From the NCBI GenBank assembly GCA_024137785.1, contig JAHRHZ010000050.1, positions 17,087,874-17,151,873 on the forward strand: DNA of 64,000 bases, given 5' to 3'. Within the stretch, counting starts at the first letter, position 1, and the number at the start of each line of letters is the position of its first letter. Source of the DNA: Ginglymostoma cirratum (taxonomy: Eukaryota). A model generated the notes under the pieces. It did no database searches and had not been told where the DNA came from. It saw only the letters and a list, made by a program, of their open reading frames with translations. Made by a program: the position numbers and the translations under genes. This document shows, piece after piece, positions 24,346-38,670 of the stretch.

Positions 24346-26539
24346 GCTAAGTCTTCTATTACTCTGCCATGCAGTCTTTTTCTAGAACTGGCTCCAACCA
24401 TCAAACTGCTTGCTAAAACTAAATGAAGCTCTCCTGTGCACCACAGTGTATCAAAAAGTAAAGAATAAACAAGCTGTAGTTGTATAGGGAGTGGTACATC
24501 TCCAGTTAATGACACTGCTAAACCACAACAGCAAATTTTGTCTTGCTTACTTAATGTGCCTTTTTAGTGCAGAACTCCAGCTGGCTTTAAATCTGTATTA
24601 TATTTATTACTTTAACCCATTGTTGTAAAGTTAATGGCAGTTTTGACCAGTTTTAAAGGTCCACAATTTAATCCAATTTAGATTTATGTGCTAATTTCTA
24701 GAGGTTTGTTTTATCCAACGAAGAACTCTTGAGCTCATTAAGTGATATTTTTGAAGAAGGGAAGACCCAGGTGCTCTTGTAATACAGTAGTTGCCCTGTC
24801 TTGGAGTCAGGAGGCCTGGGTTCAAGTCCCACCTGCTCCAAAAGTGTGTAGTAACATCTCTGAACAGGTTGGTTGGAAAATTTTTTAAACAAAAAGGAAG
24901 ACCTTGTCAGATGGCAATTAGAAATGCTAACTAGGTGACTACTCTTTCATTGATATTTTAAATGACCTGGTTGACGCAAATCTGGGAGGTGGGCAACACA
25001 GGATTTGAGCCACATTATATGCTGTTGGAGTGGAAAAAGTTTTGGAATCACGCTAATTAGTACTCCTTATTCAAATGATTGTAGAGTCACATTTAATCAG
25101 TTATTTGTTCTGGGAATTGACTTTAAAGAGTTCTAAATTCTGACTGTCTCAAGAACTGAATTTTAGATGAATAGATTTTGAGTTTTCCGTGGACGCTTCC
25201 CTTGCAGCATTGTACTCCATATTGCTTGAACTTATTTTAAAATTGCAGTGACACTTTGCTAGATTTTATTGCTCCTACAACTTAGATGAAAAGCAGAGTT
25301 TTCAAGTTTGATTTGCTCCCTGTTGGGTCCTTATTTATCTGCTAACATAGTGTTTAATAGGTGAATACATCAGACCTTGACCCTGTGGAAATACCAAAAA
25401 TCCTTTCAGAGGAACTATTGTCTGCATGACTAATTGAAATAATCATTTTCCAGACATGTGCAAGAAAGAAAACCCAATCAGTGACACTTAACTGTGTTCT
25501 AGATCAAGGTGTGGGATGACCTATTGAATGACTTGAGTCACCATTCTCAGCAGTCGCACTGAAATCATCAGAATTATGTTTAACTATTAGGAGAAAGACC
25601 TGGAAGCTGTGATGAGCGTGGTACCTGCTAAATTCAACATTGTATTCCAGAATGGTGAAAGAGCTTTGCATTGGTTGATTTTAAATCTTAAAAACATTAA
25701 ATGTATTTACCTTTGTGGAGATGTTTCGTACATGGAGTAGTTGTTGCCATATCTATGGCTACTTCTACTAGCCAATGCTGTTATAGTGACATTTGTTTAA
25801 TTAGATCCATGACTTGGGACAGGCTAGCGAGTTGAATTTATTCCATATTCATGTGGAAAAAGTAAAGATTGTTATATATTGCAGATGTGACTAGGGTTCA
25901 GTAATAGCTAAAATAACATCAGCTTTCAGCATTAAATTTGAGTACCTGAATGAAGATAATGTTGCTTTATCTTAAAGGTGTTCTAGACTTCAGAAATTCA
26001 TTACATGATTGACAAATTTGTCAGGTTTCTGTAAGGAGATCTATTCCATCTCGAAGTAGTGATTTGAGATAAAACTTGCAAATAGAAATAATTCAACTGA
26101 AGTTTAGGAAGCTGCATACGCGTTGTGTGTCATTGCTGGACATTAAGGAGAAACAAAGGACCTTGCCTCAGGTATTCATGTTGTACCCTCCCATCTCTAA
26201 TCTTCCAAATTAAACCTTAAACAAATAGTCAACCTCGCTTGTTTTTAACTTGAATTGATTCTGAGTGTTATTGTTCAATTTTGTGAGATTGCACACAAGG
26301 GAGCTTAGGAACTGAATGAACTAAAAAAAATGGTAAATTACCTGAGATTAAATTTCATTGCACAAATTAAGCTTATAAATGAAGAAAAATCTTCATCAAA
26401 CAGATAATGTTGGCAGAGCAGATTCTAAATTCATACTTAATATTTTCTTGCTGTGATGAAACTGACAACAAATGATAAAACTGTTAGCACATGGTGAGTT
26501 AGGTTGAATCAGCTCCTCCTTTTTCAGTTTTCTTGTTGG

Positions 26540-27740
26540 CATATTTTATTCGCCTGTGGGATGGATGTGGGCATTGCTGGCTGGCCAACATTTGCTTCCT
26601 GTCCTAAATTGCACTTGAGCAGCTGGTGGTGAGCTGCTTTCTTGAACTGCTGAAGTCCATATGCTGGAGGTGGGTTCACAATGCCCTTGGGGAGGGAATC
26701 CAGCATTTTGACTCCAACAGTGAAAGAACAATGATATTTTTCTAAGTCAGAATGGTGAGTAGCTTGGATGTGAACTTGCAGATGGTGTTCACTTGTATCC
26801 GCTGCCCATGTCCTTCCAGATGAAAGTGGTCATGGCTGTGGAACGTCCCAAAGATTTTTGGTGAATTTCTGCAGAGCATCTTGTCGATAGATCATACACG
26901 CTGTTGCTACTGAGTGGTGGTGGAGGTGATGGATGTGGTGCCAATCAAGTGGACTGCTTTATTTTGAAAACTGTTAAGCTTCTTGTGTATTGATGGAGCT
27001 GCACTCAACCAGGCATGTGGGGAATATTCCACCACACTGCTGACTTCTGTTTTGTAGATGGTGGACAGGCTTTGGGGAGTCAGGTGAGTATTCATAGCCT
27101 CCTACCTCATTGTAATCAATGTATTTATGTGGCGAGTCTCGTTGAGTTTCTGGTCAGTGATACACCCCAGGATGAGAGTGGGCGATTCAGTGATGGTGAT
27201 GCTATTAAATAGCAAGAGGTGCTGGTTATTATTGTCTTTTAGTAGAGATGGTTATTGCCTGGCATTTGTGTGGCGCAGTTGTTACTTATTACTCTTGAGC
27301 CCAAGCTTGGATATTGTCCACATCTTGTTGCATTTGAACTTGGACTGCTTTAGTATCTAAGGAGTCATGATTAGTGTTGAACATTGGACAATCAATGAAC
27401 ATCCCCACTTTTGACCTGATGGAGGGAAGGTCATTGAAGAAGTAGCTGAAAATGGTTGGACCTAGGACATTACCCCAAGCAACTACAGGGCTGTTGTGGC
27501 ACGATTGTCTTGTCACTACCTCTGAACCAGGAGGTCTAGGTTCAAGTCTCATCTGCTCCAGAAATGTGTAATCACATCTCTGAATATGGTTGATCGGAAA
27601 ATATCTTGCCTGAAGAAATTGTCAGAGATAGGAAGATGGTTGTGGTTGCTGGAAATCAGTCTATGTGCCAGGTATGATTGCAACCAGCAGAGATTTTGCC
27701 CTCCTGATTCCCGTTTTGTGACGGTTTCTTCTTGGCACGC
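26540..27740 (-). mobile_element. RT and 3' end of the tRNA-headed LINE family, with a nested + strand mini-SINE (27488-27606)
   Basis: ORF 27289-27552(-) reads GNVLGPTIFSYFFNDLPSIRSKVGMF. The - strand 3' tail is gttcaagaaagcagctcaccacc..gcaattt..atgttggccagccagcaatgcccacatcc. Confidence 0.8.
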
Positions 27741-28819
27741 TGCCTGTTTTAAATATATCATTTATTGATGTGTAAGGTTTATAGTAGTCTCTAGATTATT
27801 CTAACTTGATGCAAGATTTTAAGTTAGTGTGGAGATGCAATATTTTTCAGACGACCCTGTGTCATGATTAAAGCATAATCTATATTTATAACAGACACTA
27901 AAACATTTGTGGATATTCTTCATCATTTACTGAGTTTACAAGGTGAGGTCTGGCAGTGGTCAAGAAACCTCTATTTGATTTCCAATATATTTCACCATTT
28001 GCTTGAATGTGTAACCTTTTTATATTGAATAATTTTGGTGTGGGGGTAGAAGTCTAGGCAGTCTATTTAAAATAAAAACTTCCTGAAAACCGCTCTGGAC
28101 TGAAACTACATACGTAACCCTGAATCAGACATGTTGGTTGACGTCATTTGTGTTCCATGAGTGGGAATTCAAACTGTGAAATTGACTGCCATAATATAGA
28201 CATTTGCTTTGCCAATATAAACCATATAGAGTAATTTCATGTGAGCAATAGTGAGTTTCCATAAAGGAATGATAAAATTGAAGCAATATAACAAAGTTAG
28301 GATTGTGAGGTAGCATGGAGTGTTTTGGTGAAATAATTCCATGGAACCATATTTTGCTGAAACTACACCGATCCTGATGTGGAACAATGGTTTATTGTAG
28401 CTGAGTTATAAATGTTGAGGGTAAAGAGAAAAGATGCAATGCAAAATTTCAGCAATATTCAATTGGAAATGAAGTGAAATACATGGTATCATCATCCATT
28501 TGGCTCATACTGGCTCTTGTTATTTAACAATTGAAAGTGTCTAAAATTATACATAACTGTTGCTATTTTAAATTGAACTATGGACAATTAAATGTCTACA
28601 GATTCATCTACAAGTGTCAGGCTGCAGGTCAGTGAATGCTGTTTACGTTTTTTGGACAAAGTGGTTTGCATTCACAATGAGATGTATGGCTGCAGGATTT
28701 TCCAGATGATTTACTGTAAATTAATAGGTTTGAAATGTAGTTTCTAATGTGCAGAGAATCTGACAAATTTGCAGGCAAGTTCCCTCCGATGTCTTTCGGT
28801 TAAAAGACAAGAGAGTTTT

Positions 28820-29045
28820 CAGTAATGTTTGTTGAGGATGAATAAATATTGATCAGAACTTTGAAATAACTCTCTGCTATTTGAATAAATCCACGGGATC
28901 TTGACGTCTATGAGTGGGATCTTGATTTAATATCTAGAACAAAATAGGGCACGCATGCCTATTGTTGTGATCCTCCTTCACAGGGCTGGTAGCCTAGGTC
29001 TTGACTCATGTGGTATCTGACGACACTTCTGATTCAGGTGAGGAT
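28820..29045 (-). mobile_element. Decayed Deu-domain SINE fragment
   Basis: gttgaggatgaataaatattgatcag..ctctgctatttgaa..cgggatcttgacgtc is the reverse complement of the Deu core. Confidence 0.55.
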
Positions 29046-29289
29046 GATGTCACTCTGCCAGTTTGACATTTCCATTTGTTTTAAAGTGTAACATTTTGAA
29101 GTGTGACCACTAGATTGTGATAATGGATGCAGAACTTAAGTTTAGAATTTGGCTGACCTCCTATGGGATTGCATGAGGTAAATTAGAATGGGATATTTTG
29201 TATATTTTACAAGGAAATGCCAAAAAAAAAGTTTCCTGCCTGGGAAAACGTTTGTTCTTTCTGGGCAGATTCTTGGGATGCTTCTGCTC

Positions 29290-29640
29290 TGTTTCAGTGG
29301 GTTCTGAAATGGCTGATGGTGCAATCTGTGTTCTCAAGATGCTGCCACATGAAGCAGGTGGTACTGTGAAGGCTTGTGTAATTGGTTGTTGGAAGGTTTG
29401 TGTGCTCTCTCCTTTGAGTTTGCCTCTGCATGTTTTTGACAATGTCTTTCCACGTGTTTGCCTTTGTTTTGATAGATTACAAACTAGGGTTGTCCATGAC
29501 TTGGGAAGGATGTTTGACATTTTCATGAAAGCTTTGAGAGCATCCTTACACTGTTTGTTATCCTCCTGGGATTCTCAGGCAACGTCTGAATAGAATGGTT
29601 GCCTCAGAAGTCTATGTTATGTATTCACAGCATGTCCTGT
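29290..29640 (-). mobile_element. RTE-like LINE 3' remnant
   Basis: - strand KQCKDALKAFMKMSNILPKSW (cf. RTE KR.KD.LK..L...I....W) and terminal ISHFRTH*. Confidence 0.65.
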
Positions 29641-30059
29641 CTAACAAAACTGATTTTGAATGATAATTCCCTGTTCCTTTACAAGCACGAAGGCTAGTCG
29701 CTAAGTACAGTTCAGAGTTTGATCATTGTTTCAGCAAGGAACTTTGGAAAATAGAACATACTCTTTTTGGAAATGTTATAATTTAAGGTTTCTCCGAATC
29801 TCAATCTAATTTTGTTGTGTCGTCAGAAGGGATATCCACATCCATGTGCATACTCTTTTTTTGATTTTGTTCACCTATTTGTCTGTTTTAATTTTTGTTA
29901 TTTTAAAATGGGATATTATGTTAAATGAATGATGTTTTGAAATAAATGATGTTTTACAGGTGGATTTATTTGATTTTTATAGATTATAATTATTGTCTGT
30001 TATATGGGTTATGGATTAAGTATCTGTTTTATATTTAGTAAAACAGAAGCTTGTTGAGT

Positions 30060-32410
30060 TAAGATTAGGTTTTTTGACTTATTGTTACGTGCAGCAAAAT
30101 ACAGTGAAAAGCTTTGAGTGGCACAGGCAGATCACAGCTAGCGAAGGACATACAGATCAAAAAGATTTAGAGGCATGTAGGTTACAGTGCAAGTTATATT
30201 ATTTGAGGCTAGAGCCCATTCAGCAGTCTGATAACGGCCGGAAAGAAGCTGTTCCTGAACCTGCTCATGCGTGTGTTCAGGCTTCTGTATCTTCTGCCCG
30301 ACGGAAGAGGTTGCAGGAGGTCATTACCAGGGTGCTATAGATGTTTGATGATTTTGGCTACCTTTCCGCAGCAGCTAGCCATATAAACTGAGTCCATGGT
30401 TGGAAGGTTGGCTTCTGTAATTGTCTGGGCTGTGCATGCCATCTTTTGTAGTTTCTTACAGTCCTGGGCAGAGCAGTTGCCATATCAGGCTGTTATGCAC
30501 CCGGACAGTATGCTTTCAATGGTGCATCAATAGAAGTTGGTGAGGGACGTTATGGATGTGCCAAATTTCCTGAGCCGCTTAAGAAGAGGCTTGTTGTGCT
30601 GCTTTGACTGTCGCATTTAAGTGGCAAGGCCAGGACACGTTGTCTGTTATCATCACTCTGAGGAACTGTTGATGTAGATAGGGGTGTGTTCTCCTTGTTT
30701 CTTTTTGAAGTTGATCAGTTCTTTAGTTTTTATGTTGACTTTTTTTTTGTTTTGGTTTGTTTTTATTGCACCACGTCACTAAGCACTCTGTCGCTTCAGT
30801 AGTTAGCCATTATTAGATATCTGTCCCACTACGGTGGTGTCGTCAGCGAGCTCGTAGATGATGATCCTACCAAAATGTACGACTTCACATTTTATTTACA
30901 TTGTATTCCATCTGCCAGACCTTTGCCCACTCACTCAATGAATGTATCTATGTTCCTCTGCAAAGATTCTCAGTCCTCTGCATACTTCGCTCTGCCACTC
31001 ATCTTAGTGTCATCTGCAAACTTTGACCCCCTACACGTGGTCCCCAACTCCAAATCTTCTATATAAATTGTAAATAATTGCGGTCCCAACACCGATCCCT
31101 GAGGCACACCACTAGTCACTGATTGCCAGCCAGAATAGCACTCATTTATCCCCACTCTTTGCTTCCTGTTAGTCAACCAATCCTCTATCTATGCTAATAC
31201 TTTGCCCCTAACTCCATGCATCCTTATCTTATGCAGCAGCCTTTTGGAAATCCTGGTACACCACATCCACTGGGTCCCATTGTCCACCTTGCTCGTAATG
31301 TCTTCGTAGAATTCCAAAAGATTTGTCAAGCATGACCTGCCCTTCATGAACCCATGCAGCGTCTGCCCAACGGGACAATTTCTATCGAGATGCCTTGCTA
31401 TTTCTTCCTTGATAATAGACTGAAGCATCTTCCCCACTACAGAGGTTAAGCTAACCGGTCTATAATTCCCCATCTTTTGTCTACCTCCCATCTTAAACAG
31501 TGGCGTCAAATTTGCTGTTTTCCAATCTGATGGGACTGCCCCAGAGTCCTGCGAATTTTGGAAAATTACTGCCAGTGCACCTGCTATTTCTCCTGCCATC
31601 TCTTTTAGTACCCTGGGATGCATTCCATCAGGGCCAGGAGACTTATCAATTCATAGCTCCATTAGCTTGCCCAACAAGGTATTGGTCCAGGTCACACGAC
31701 TTGGGTGTTGCACGTCTGACCTTCAGTAGGCAGTGGGTTTTCTGGTTCATCCAAGGTTTACGTTTGGGGAAAATTCAGATTGACTTTTTTTAGTACACAG
31801 TCCTCCACGCATTTGCTAATGAAGTCCGTGATGGTGGTGGCATAGACGTCTAGGTTTTCTGCTGAACACTTGAACGTGGTCCAGTCTGCTGATTCCAAGC
31901 AGTCCCAGAGGTGGTCTTCCACTGCCTTGGGCCAGCACTATACTACTTTTCGTGAAGGATTCTCCCATTTCAGCTTCTGCTTGTAAGCTGGGAGGCGGAA
32001 CACGGTGCTGTGATTGGATTTTCTGAAGTTTCGGTGTGGGGTGGAGCGGTAGGTATTTTTAATAATTGTGTAGCAGTGGTCCAGAATGCTTAGTCCTCTG
32101 GTGGGGCAGGAGATATCAGTGGTATTTTGGCATCACAGGCTTGAGGTTGGTTTGATTGAAGTTGCTAACCGCAATGAATAATGACTTGGGGAAGTTTGTG
32201 GTGGAGTAAATCACGTCCCAGGGCATTTGTCACATCCACGTGGGGTGGTATGTAGACTGCTGTCAGAATGACGATGGAGGTGAACTCTTGCGGTGGGTAA
32301 TAGGGATGGCATTTTGCTGTAAGGTATTCTAGGTCCAGGGAGTAGTGACATGCCAGGGTCACTATGTCTGAGCACTTGGAGGTGTTGATCAGGAAGCATA
32401 CCCCAAGTCG
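30060..32410 (-). mobile_element. Rex1/Babar-like LINE remnant, interrupted by a CR1 fragment
   Basis: DLEYLTAKCHPYYPPQEFTSIVILTAVYIPP (32165-32362) and IYELADDTTVVG (~30825-30860). Confidence 0.8.
30870..31675 (-). mobile_element. Well-preserved CR1 reverse-transcriptase fragment nested in the Rex1/Babar copy
   Basis: HPRVLKE..DWKTANLTPLFK..NYRPVSLTSVVGK..HGFMKGRSCLTNLLEF and GVPQGSVLGPQLFTIYIEDL..KFADDTK. Confidence 0.92.
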
Positions 32411-32879
32411 CAGCCTTCAGGATTATATCTGCCTTTCTGTCCCTTTAGTCAATGCAAATCAATGTCTTATCAGTGGGCACTAACTTTTTACAATTTATAA
32501 AAATGACCTGAAGAAAGAACCAAAGATATTGTTTTGAAGTTTGCTGATGACTTGAAGGTAAATTATGATGAGGTCAAAAGGAGACTATGAAAAGATATTG
32601 ACAAGTGAGAAGGCAAAGATTTGACAGAGTAAAATATGGGTAAAAATGAAATTATTCATTTTGACAGGGTAGCTGATTGAATAGTAAATGCAGGAAAGAT
32701 ATTCCAAATGACCAGAAAGTCCAGAATCAGGTGGCACAGTTTAAGGATACTGAGTAGGCCACTTAGGACTGATATGAAAAATTTCTTCACCCAGAGAGTG
32801 GTGAACTTGTGGAATTCTCTGCCCTGGAAAGTGGTTGCTGCCAAAACATTGAATGTTTTCAAGAAGGGGTTAGATATTG

Positions 32880-33157
32880 AATCGTAGAATCCCTACGTCG
32901 GAAGCAGGCCACTCAGCTTATTGAGTCCAGACAGAATAGCTCACCCTCCTACCCTGTCCCTGTAAGCCTGCATCTCCCATTGCTAATCCACCTAGCCTGG
33001 ACATCTTTGGACTGTGGGAGGGAAACTGGAGCACCAAGGAAACCCACACAGACATGGGGAGAATATGCAAACTCGGCAAAGACAGTTGCCCAAGATTGGA
33101 ATCAAACCTGGGTCCCTGGCACTGAGGCAGGGCTAACCAGGTGAGACACTGTGCCAC
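32880..33157 (-). mobile_element. HE1-type V-SINE, nested in a + strand CR1 fragment (~32420-33305)
   Basis: The - strand has a tRNA head gtggcacagtg..ccagggacccaggtttgattcc, a V-domain gagtttgcatattctccccatgtctgtgtgggtttcc..ctccagtttccctcccacagtccaaagatg, and tail gtagggattctacgat. Confidence 0.85.
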
Positions 33158-33309
33158 TCTGAGTTCTTGGAGCTAAAGGAATTAAACGGTATTGAAGGAA
33201 AGTGAAACAGGTGCTGAGTTGGACAATCAACCATGATCATATTGAATGGTAGAGCAGGCTTGAAGGGCCTTTTGGCCACTGGCTCTAATTTTCCATGTTT
33301 TTATGTAAT

Positions 33310-33845
33310 GTTATTTAGTGCGACAGGGATTGAAGTCGAAAGTAGGGAGATTATGCTTCAGGTCACAGGTGAGATTACATCTGGAATACTCCATCTGCAT
33401 TTGGTTACTTTATTTAAGGTAAGAACATAGATGAATTGGAGGCAGTTCAGAGAAGGTTTACTGGATTATTAGCTCAAGTGGATGGGCTGTCTTGAGGAAA
33501 GGTTGGACAAGTTAGGCTTCTTATCCACTGATGTTTTGAAGAGTGAGACCTGATGGGAGTCATGATAGGGTAGATGCGGTGGGTGTTTGCTCTCGTGGGA
33601 AAATCCAGAACTAGGGGTTATCTATTTAAGACCGAGGTAGGGAGAAATTTCCTCTCGTAACGAGTCATGAATATTTGGAACACACTTCCTCAAAGGGTGG
33701 TAGAAGCAGAGTCTTCACGTATGCTTTTAAGCAAGGGGTGAAAGGTTATCGGGGCTAGGCACAAATGGGGAGTAATAGATCAGTCATGATCTAATTGGAT
33801 GGTGGAGCTGGTTCAAGGGGCCCACTCCTCTTAATTCGCATGTTT
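33310..33845 (+). mobile_element. CR1-like LINE 3' fragment
   Basis: ttggaggcagttcagagaaggttta..aactagggg..tttaagaccgagg..gatggtggagctggttcaagggg tail. Confidence 0.7.
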
Positions 33846-36199
33846 GTGTAATTGCAAAAGCACTCATTAGTGCTGTCTAGAGAAGAGCTGCCCACTTGAT
33901 CAATGTTAGAATGGTCAACATACCAAGAACATAAAATTATTCTTTTAAAAACAAGTTTTTCCTTATGATCCTTGAATTATGGTCATGAGATTCATACAGT
34001 AAAGCCCCTGTCTGTGAATCACAATAGGTTAGCATACAAGCTCAATGGGTAATAGGTAAACCAAAGGGAATGTTGGCCTTTATTTCAAAGGTAAATAAAG
34101 TATAAAAGTAGTAAGGTTTTGCTAAAAACTGTACAAGGAAATCAAGTGTTATGGGACAAGGGCAAGAAAGTGAAGCTGAAGATAATCAGTTTAGTCGTGA
34201 TCTCATTGACCAATTGGCCGAATGGCCTACTTCTGCTCATATGTCTTATGATCTTGAAGGTTTTGGCCTGAAAGATGTTTGGATGAATGAAGTTGTTGAT
34301 TGCTAAAGGTAAAACGTTCAGATTGCTTATAACCTGTTCTTGCCGTATAGTTTCTGTAAAGTTTATAAAGTTAGGAATATGCAACAATATTTTGTTGATG
34401 ACCTTGTACCCAATCTCGCTACTGTTTAGTGGCTGTAATGCATTAGATGGAATTTTGCACTGCACTGTGATCACATTGGATTGCATCACTGAGACAAAAG
34501 GAAATGCCTTCGAGACCACAACGGTATTTTCTTTTGGTTTATGAAAGTTGCAACAGTTCTGCATGCCTCAGTATCTACCTTCATTTGTTGAAGACCACGA
34601 GGGGACAGCATTTAGTTTTGTTGCATCTCAGCCCATAGATAAATGGAATTGCAGATTTGCTGCGTACTACTTGGTAAGGTAAAAGTCTGATGCTTCTTCA
34701 CCACTATGCACTATTTTTAAGCATTTACTTCAAGCGCTTCCTTGTTAGTCAAGTCCAAGGATTGATTCTTTCTCTTCTGGTCCCAGGTTGCTAGAAATTT
34801 CTCACCGATTGTAATTGCAGAAATAAATATTGTTTTTCCTGAGCTGTACCAGATGTTCATTCAAGTAATAATGAAGCAATAAATAGCATGAAACTGAGTT
34901 TATCTGAATATTTTATTGTTTATGGATAGTTTTATTTAATCCATAATGAGAAAAAAAATCAACTTTATATTCATCAGTCTGTGGATATGTTGTTAAATAT
35001 TGCATCTGATCTGCTTAAATCTAAGGAAAAGATGTGCTTCTGTTTGGTTTGGTTAAACTTAGTCAAGTTTCTGTCAGGATACTGTAATATCAGTGTTTTG
35101 TTGTCTTTGTAAACTTTCAATGTATTTTTTAAACTGCTTTCCAGAAGTTAAGTGGTTTTCTTGGCAAAAACACAAGTGTTCTTCCTTGGCAGGGGAGGCT
35201 TAGAACTTGTGAAATTTATTTGATTTTGTTGTACTCTGTTTACATTTGAACTGGTGTCTATGGAATCTGAGCAATTGGTTTTGGAAGAAAAATTGCCATC
35301 ATTGAAGTGTATTCCATTCCATTTGTACTTCTGTATTAACATACTCTGTTAGAAACACAATATGTGGTTGATGCTGCACAGTTTCAACTATTTTTGATAG
35401 TGATGATAGTTGACTAGGCATTCTGTATTGTGGACTGTTGTCTTCTCAACGTTTTGTAGGACAATTTGCAGTGTGTTGGGGGAGGAATGCTAATGAAGGT
35501 TACCGTCTGATTTTTAGCTTTCAATGCTGGATTTATGTACTTAAGAGCTTTGGATCATAGATTTATGTGTACATGTCTTCCAAAGTACTTGTGCTTGGAA
35601 ATGCTGCAGTTTCCTAAGATGAACTTGGCTTTCAAACATTAACATGGAAATTGTCTCAAAGGCTGTGAAACAGTAAATTACAGAAAATGGTGTCTTAGTT
35701 CTAAATTGTATTGTTTAATGAAGGGAAAGTTGGTACAGCATTTTTCTTTTGGTTTACGATGTAGGAATAATTTATAGAAAAGATTTTAATTTGGAATATA
35801 AGCAGTTTTCTTAAAAACAGTTCTGTTTCAAAAAAGTTCAGGCTTGTTGGACCAACCTTGGTTTGTAGAATTATTATTTCACTTGCATTTAAATCAGTGT
35901 GGTTGAAAGTAGAAGCTATTGGGCACATGCATCGTATTAATGAGGCATAGTAAGTACAACATAACTTTTGATTTCTGCACCTGACTGATCACAGATTTTC
36001 CTGTGCTCCCCCATTTTCCTGGTTATAAGTTGTGTTTTGGCAGTAAATGGAGCAATTTGTTTTTCATTAATTGTAGTTTTGAATGCAAAGTATCAGGGAG
36101 TTTGCTTTATAATGAAATGTAAGAGATGCTTTTTACAAAATAATTCCATATTGCATTCAGTGTTGATTTCAGGTCCAGTAAAATTGTTAAATGGAGAAA

Positions 36200-36870
36200 C
36201 GTGTTTCATATAATGCTTTCATGATCACAACATCCCAAAGCATTTTTGAATGTTGTGGCTAATGTGGACAGGTGTTGCTATATACAAATCTACACCAGCA
36301 ATGAAGTAAGTGACCTTTAACATTTTCTTTTTGATGATGTCAGTTGAAGGATTATTGTTGGCTACAACACTGGGAGAACCCTCCTGGATAGTACAGTGTG
36401 ATTTTCTTTTTTTCCTCTTTGTATCCATTTGAGACAGTAAATGGGACCACAGTTGAAGATTGTTTTCACTGGAGTTCAGATGAATGAGGGGGGATCTCAG
36501 AGACTTATATAATTCTAGCAACAGGACTGGACAGAGTAGATGCAGGGAGGATGTTCCTGATAGTGGGTGTGTCCAGAACCAGAGGTCGCAGTACGAGGAT
36601 TCGGGGTAGACAATTTAGACGGAGATGAGATACTTCACCCAAAGAGTGGTGAGCGTGTGTAATTTATTACCACAGGAAGCAATTGATGCCAAAACATTGC
36701 ATGTATTCAGGAGGCGTCTGGATCTCACACTTGGGGCGATTGATATCAAAGGTTATGGGAAGAAAGCAGGATTAGGCTATTGAGTTGGATGGATCTGCCA
36801 TGATTGTGAAAAATGGCGGAGAAGGCTCGAAGAACCAAATAGCCGTCTCCTGCAACTATCTTCTATGTTT
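36200..36870. mobile_element. Deu-SINE fragment (-, ~36200-36460) abutting a CR1 3' end (+, ~36460-36870)
   Basis: catcccaaagc..gttgaaggattattgttggc..cactgggagaac, followed by ggagttcagatgaatgaggggggatctc..ttcacccaaagagtggtg..ttctatgtttc. Confidence 0.65.
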
Positions 36871-38350
36871 CAATGTTTCTTGCTTTGTAACCAGGGAATA
36901 GTCTTAGCTAAGATTATATTCCAGAAATTGGAAAATAAAAGGCTGGTGTACTGACGTTGAGCTAAGGCTGATCTTTGTCCTCTTTGCTGTTTGCCTGTAA
37001 ATGCAATTAAGTCTTTATTATTTAATTTTTTAAAAATACGCTGACTTTCAAATAACTTAGTCATCTATTATCCCTGATTTCCATTTTCTCTGTGAATGAA
37101 AGATTGTTGCCCTGAAATGTTAACTGTTCTACTTCCACAGATACTGACTGACCTCATGACTGTTTCCAGTATTTTCGACTTTAAATTCAGGTTTCCAGCA
37201 TCTGCAGTATTTTGCTTTTTTCCTCTTTCCCTACTTCTGTGACTGTTTCTAACACTGTGTGCTCCTTCTGCTAGGTGCTCACGGTAGGCCTGGAACTAAA
37301 TGTATATGAACTGACTTTTTCAGAGATTTAAGTTCAGTATATTGATAAATTAATGTTGGATCCAGTTTCATCCTTTGCAGCTTTATTTTGTTAGTCCCCC
37401 CGCTGAATTTAGCGGGAAGGTGAAGGACAGGAAGAAAACAAAACCAAAGATCATGTCTGCACGACCTATTGGATGTGCACATAGTACGGCTTGAGATATG
37501 AAGAGCAGGTTTTAATCAGGAAAAACTCCTGCCTAGTTGGGAAATGAAATTGTTGAATTGGCACACCACATTTCTGTAAATCTGCAGCTATTATGAAGCA
37601 ATATTTCATGCTGGGTTGGATCTATGAGGAATTTTCTAAGCTTAATTCTGAAATATTGTGTTTAGAATGTTCCATCCCATTGACTTCACAGCTATATAAC
37701 TGAGACTTCAAAATCATTAAGCAGGATTATGAGCTTAGTAGGTTTTCTTGGTTCCAGATCTCAGCTTACCAACAGGGAGCACTAACTTTGTTATGTTGTG
37801 CAAAAACTGTTCTTAAACTTTAATAGCTGCATTGCATTTGCTATAACAGTAGCATTAGCTGAGGACCGAATGAGATAATGTGGTTTAATCTTAGTACTAG
37901 GTAGCGTCCTGGTCAAACAGATTGGAGAACTTAGTTGTGTGTAGGTACATTCTAGAGTAAACGTATTGTACATTTCAACTGATCAGATTAAAGTTATAGA
38001 CTTGCATAGGAACGCTGAAGGACAGTGTGAAAGTATTTCTTGTACTTAATGCTTCAAGGCTATTTGTGGCAATTCTGTTATTGATAACTACGTAAACAAG
38101 CTTACTTTGTTCCCTCCAGAGGCAGCACACTAACCAAAATAAATACTTTCCATTTTTTGACATCTGAAGGCAGTGCTGTCCTGACAAGGAGGTAAACAGA
38201 ATCAATTCAGCATACCTATACTGGTCAGGAAAAAGATTTAAACACTGTGCTGTAAGAGACCGATCTATTGACAAAGGCAAATCAGAATGGCAGCTTGAAA
38301 CCAGCTGTGCATGAGAAAGCAAGTAGTTGCAGTAAGTGTACTCTGAACGG

Positions 38351-38670
38351 GAGGCAATGGCCTGGTGGTATTATCCCTAGACTGTTAATCCAGAGACCCA
38401 CAATTTTCTGGAGACTCTGATTCGAATCCCACCATTGGGTGATGGTGGAATGTCAATTCAATAAAAATCTGGAATTAAAGTTAAAATTAAGATGACTATG
38501 AATATATTGTCAATTAATGGAAAAACGCATCCGGTTCATAAATGTCCTTTAGGAAAGGAAGCTACTATCCTTACCTGCTCTGGCCTAGATATGACTCTTC
38601 AACTGCCCTCTGGGCAATTAGGGATGGACAGTAAATGCTTCCTTGATAGTGAATCTTGTCCTGTGAATAC
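38351..38670 (+). mobile_element. Full-length-looking bipartite tRNA-headed SINE
   Basis: gaggcaatggcctggtggtattatccctagact..gattcgaatccc..aactgccctct|gggcaattagggatgg..aaatgc. Confidence 0.8.
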
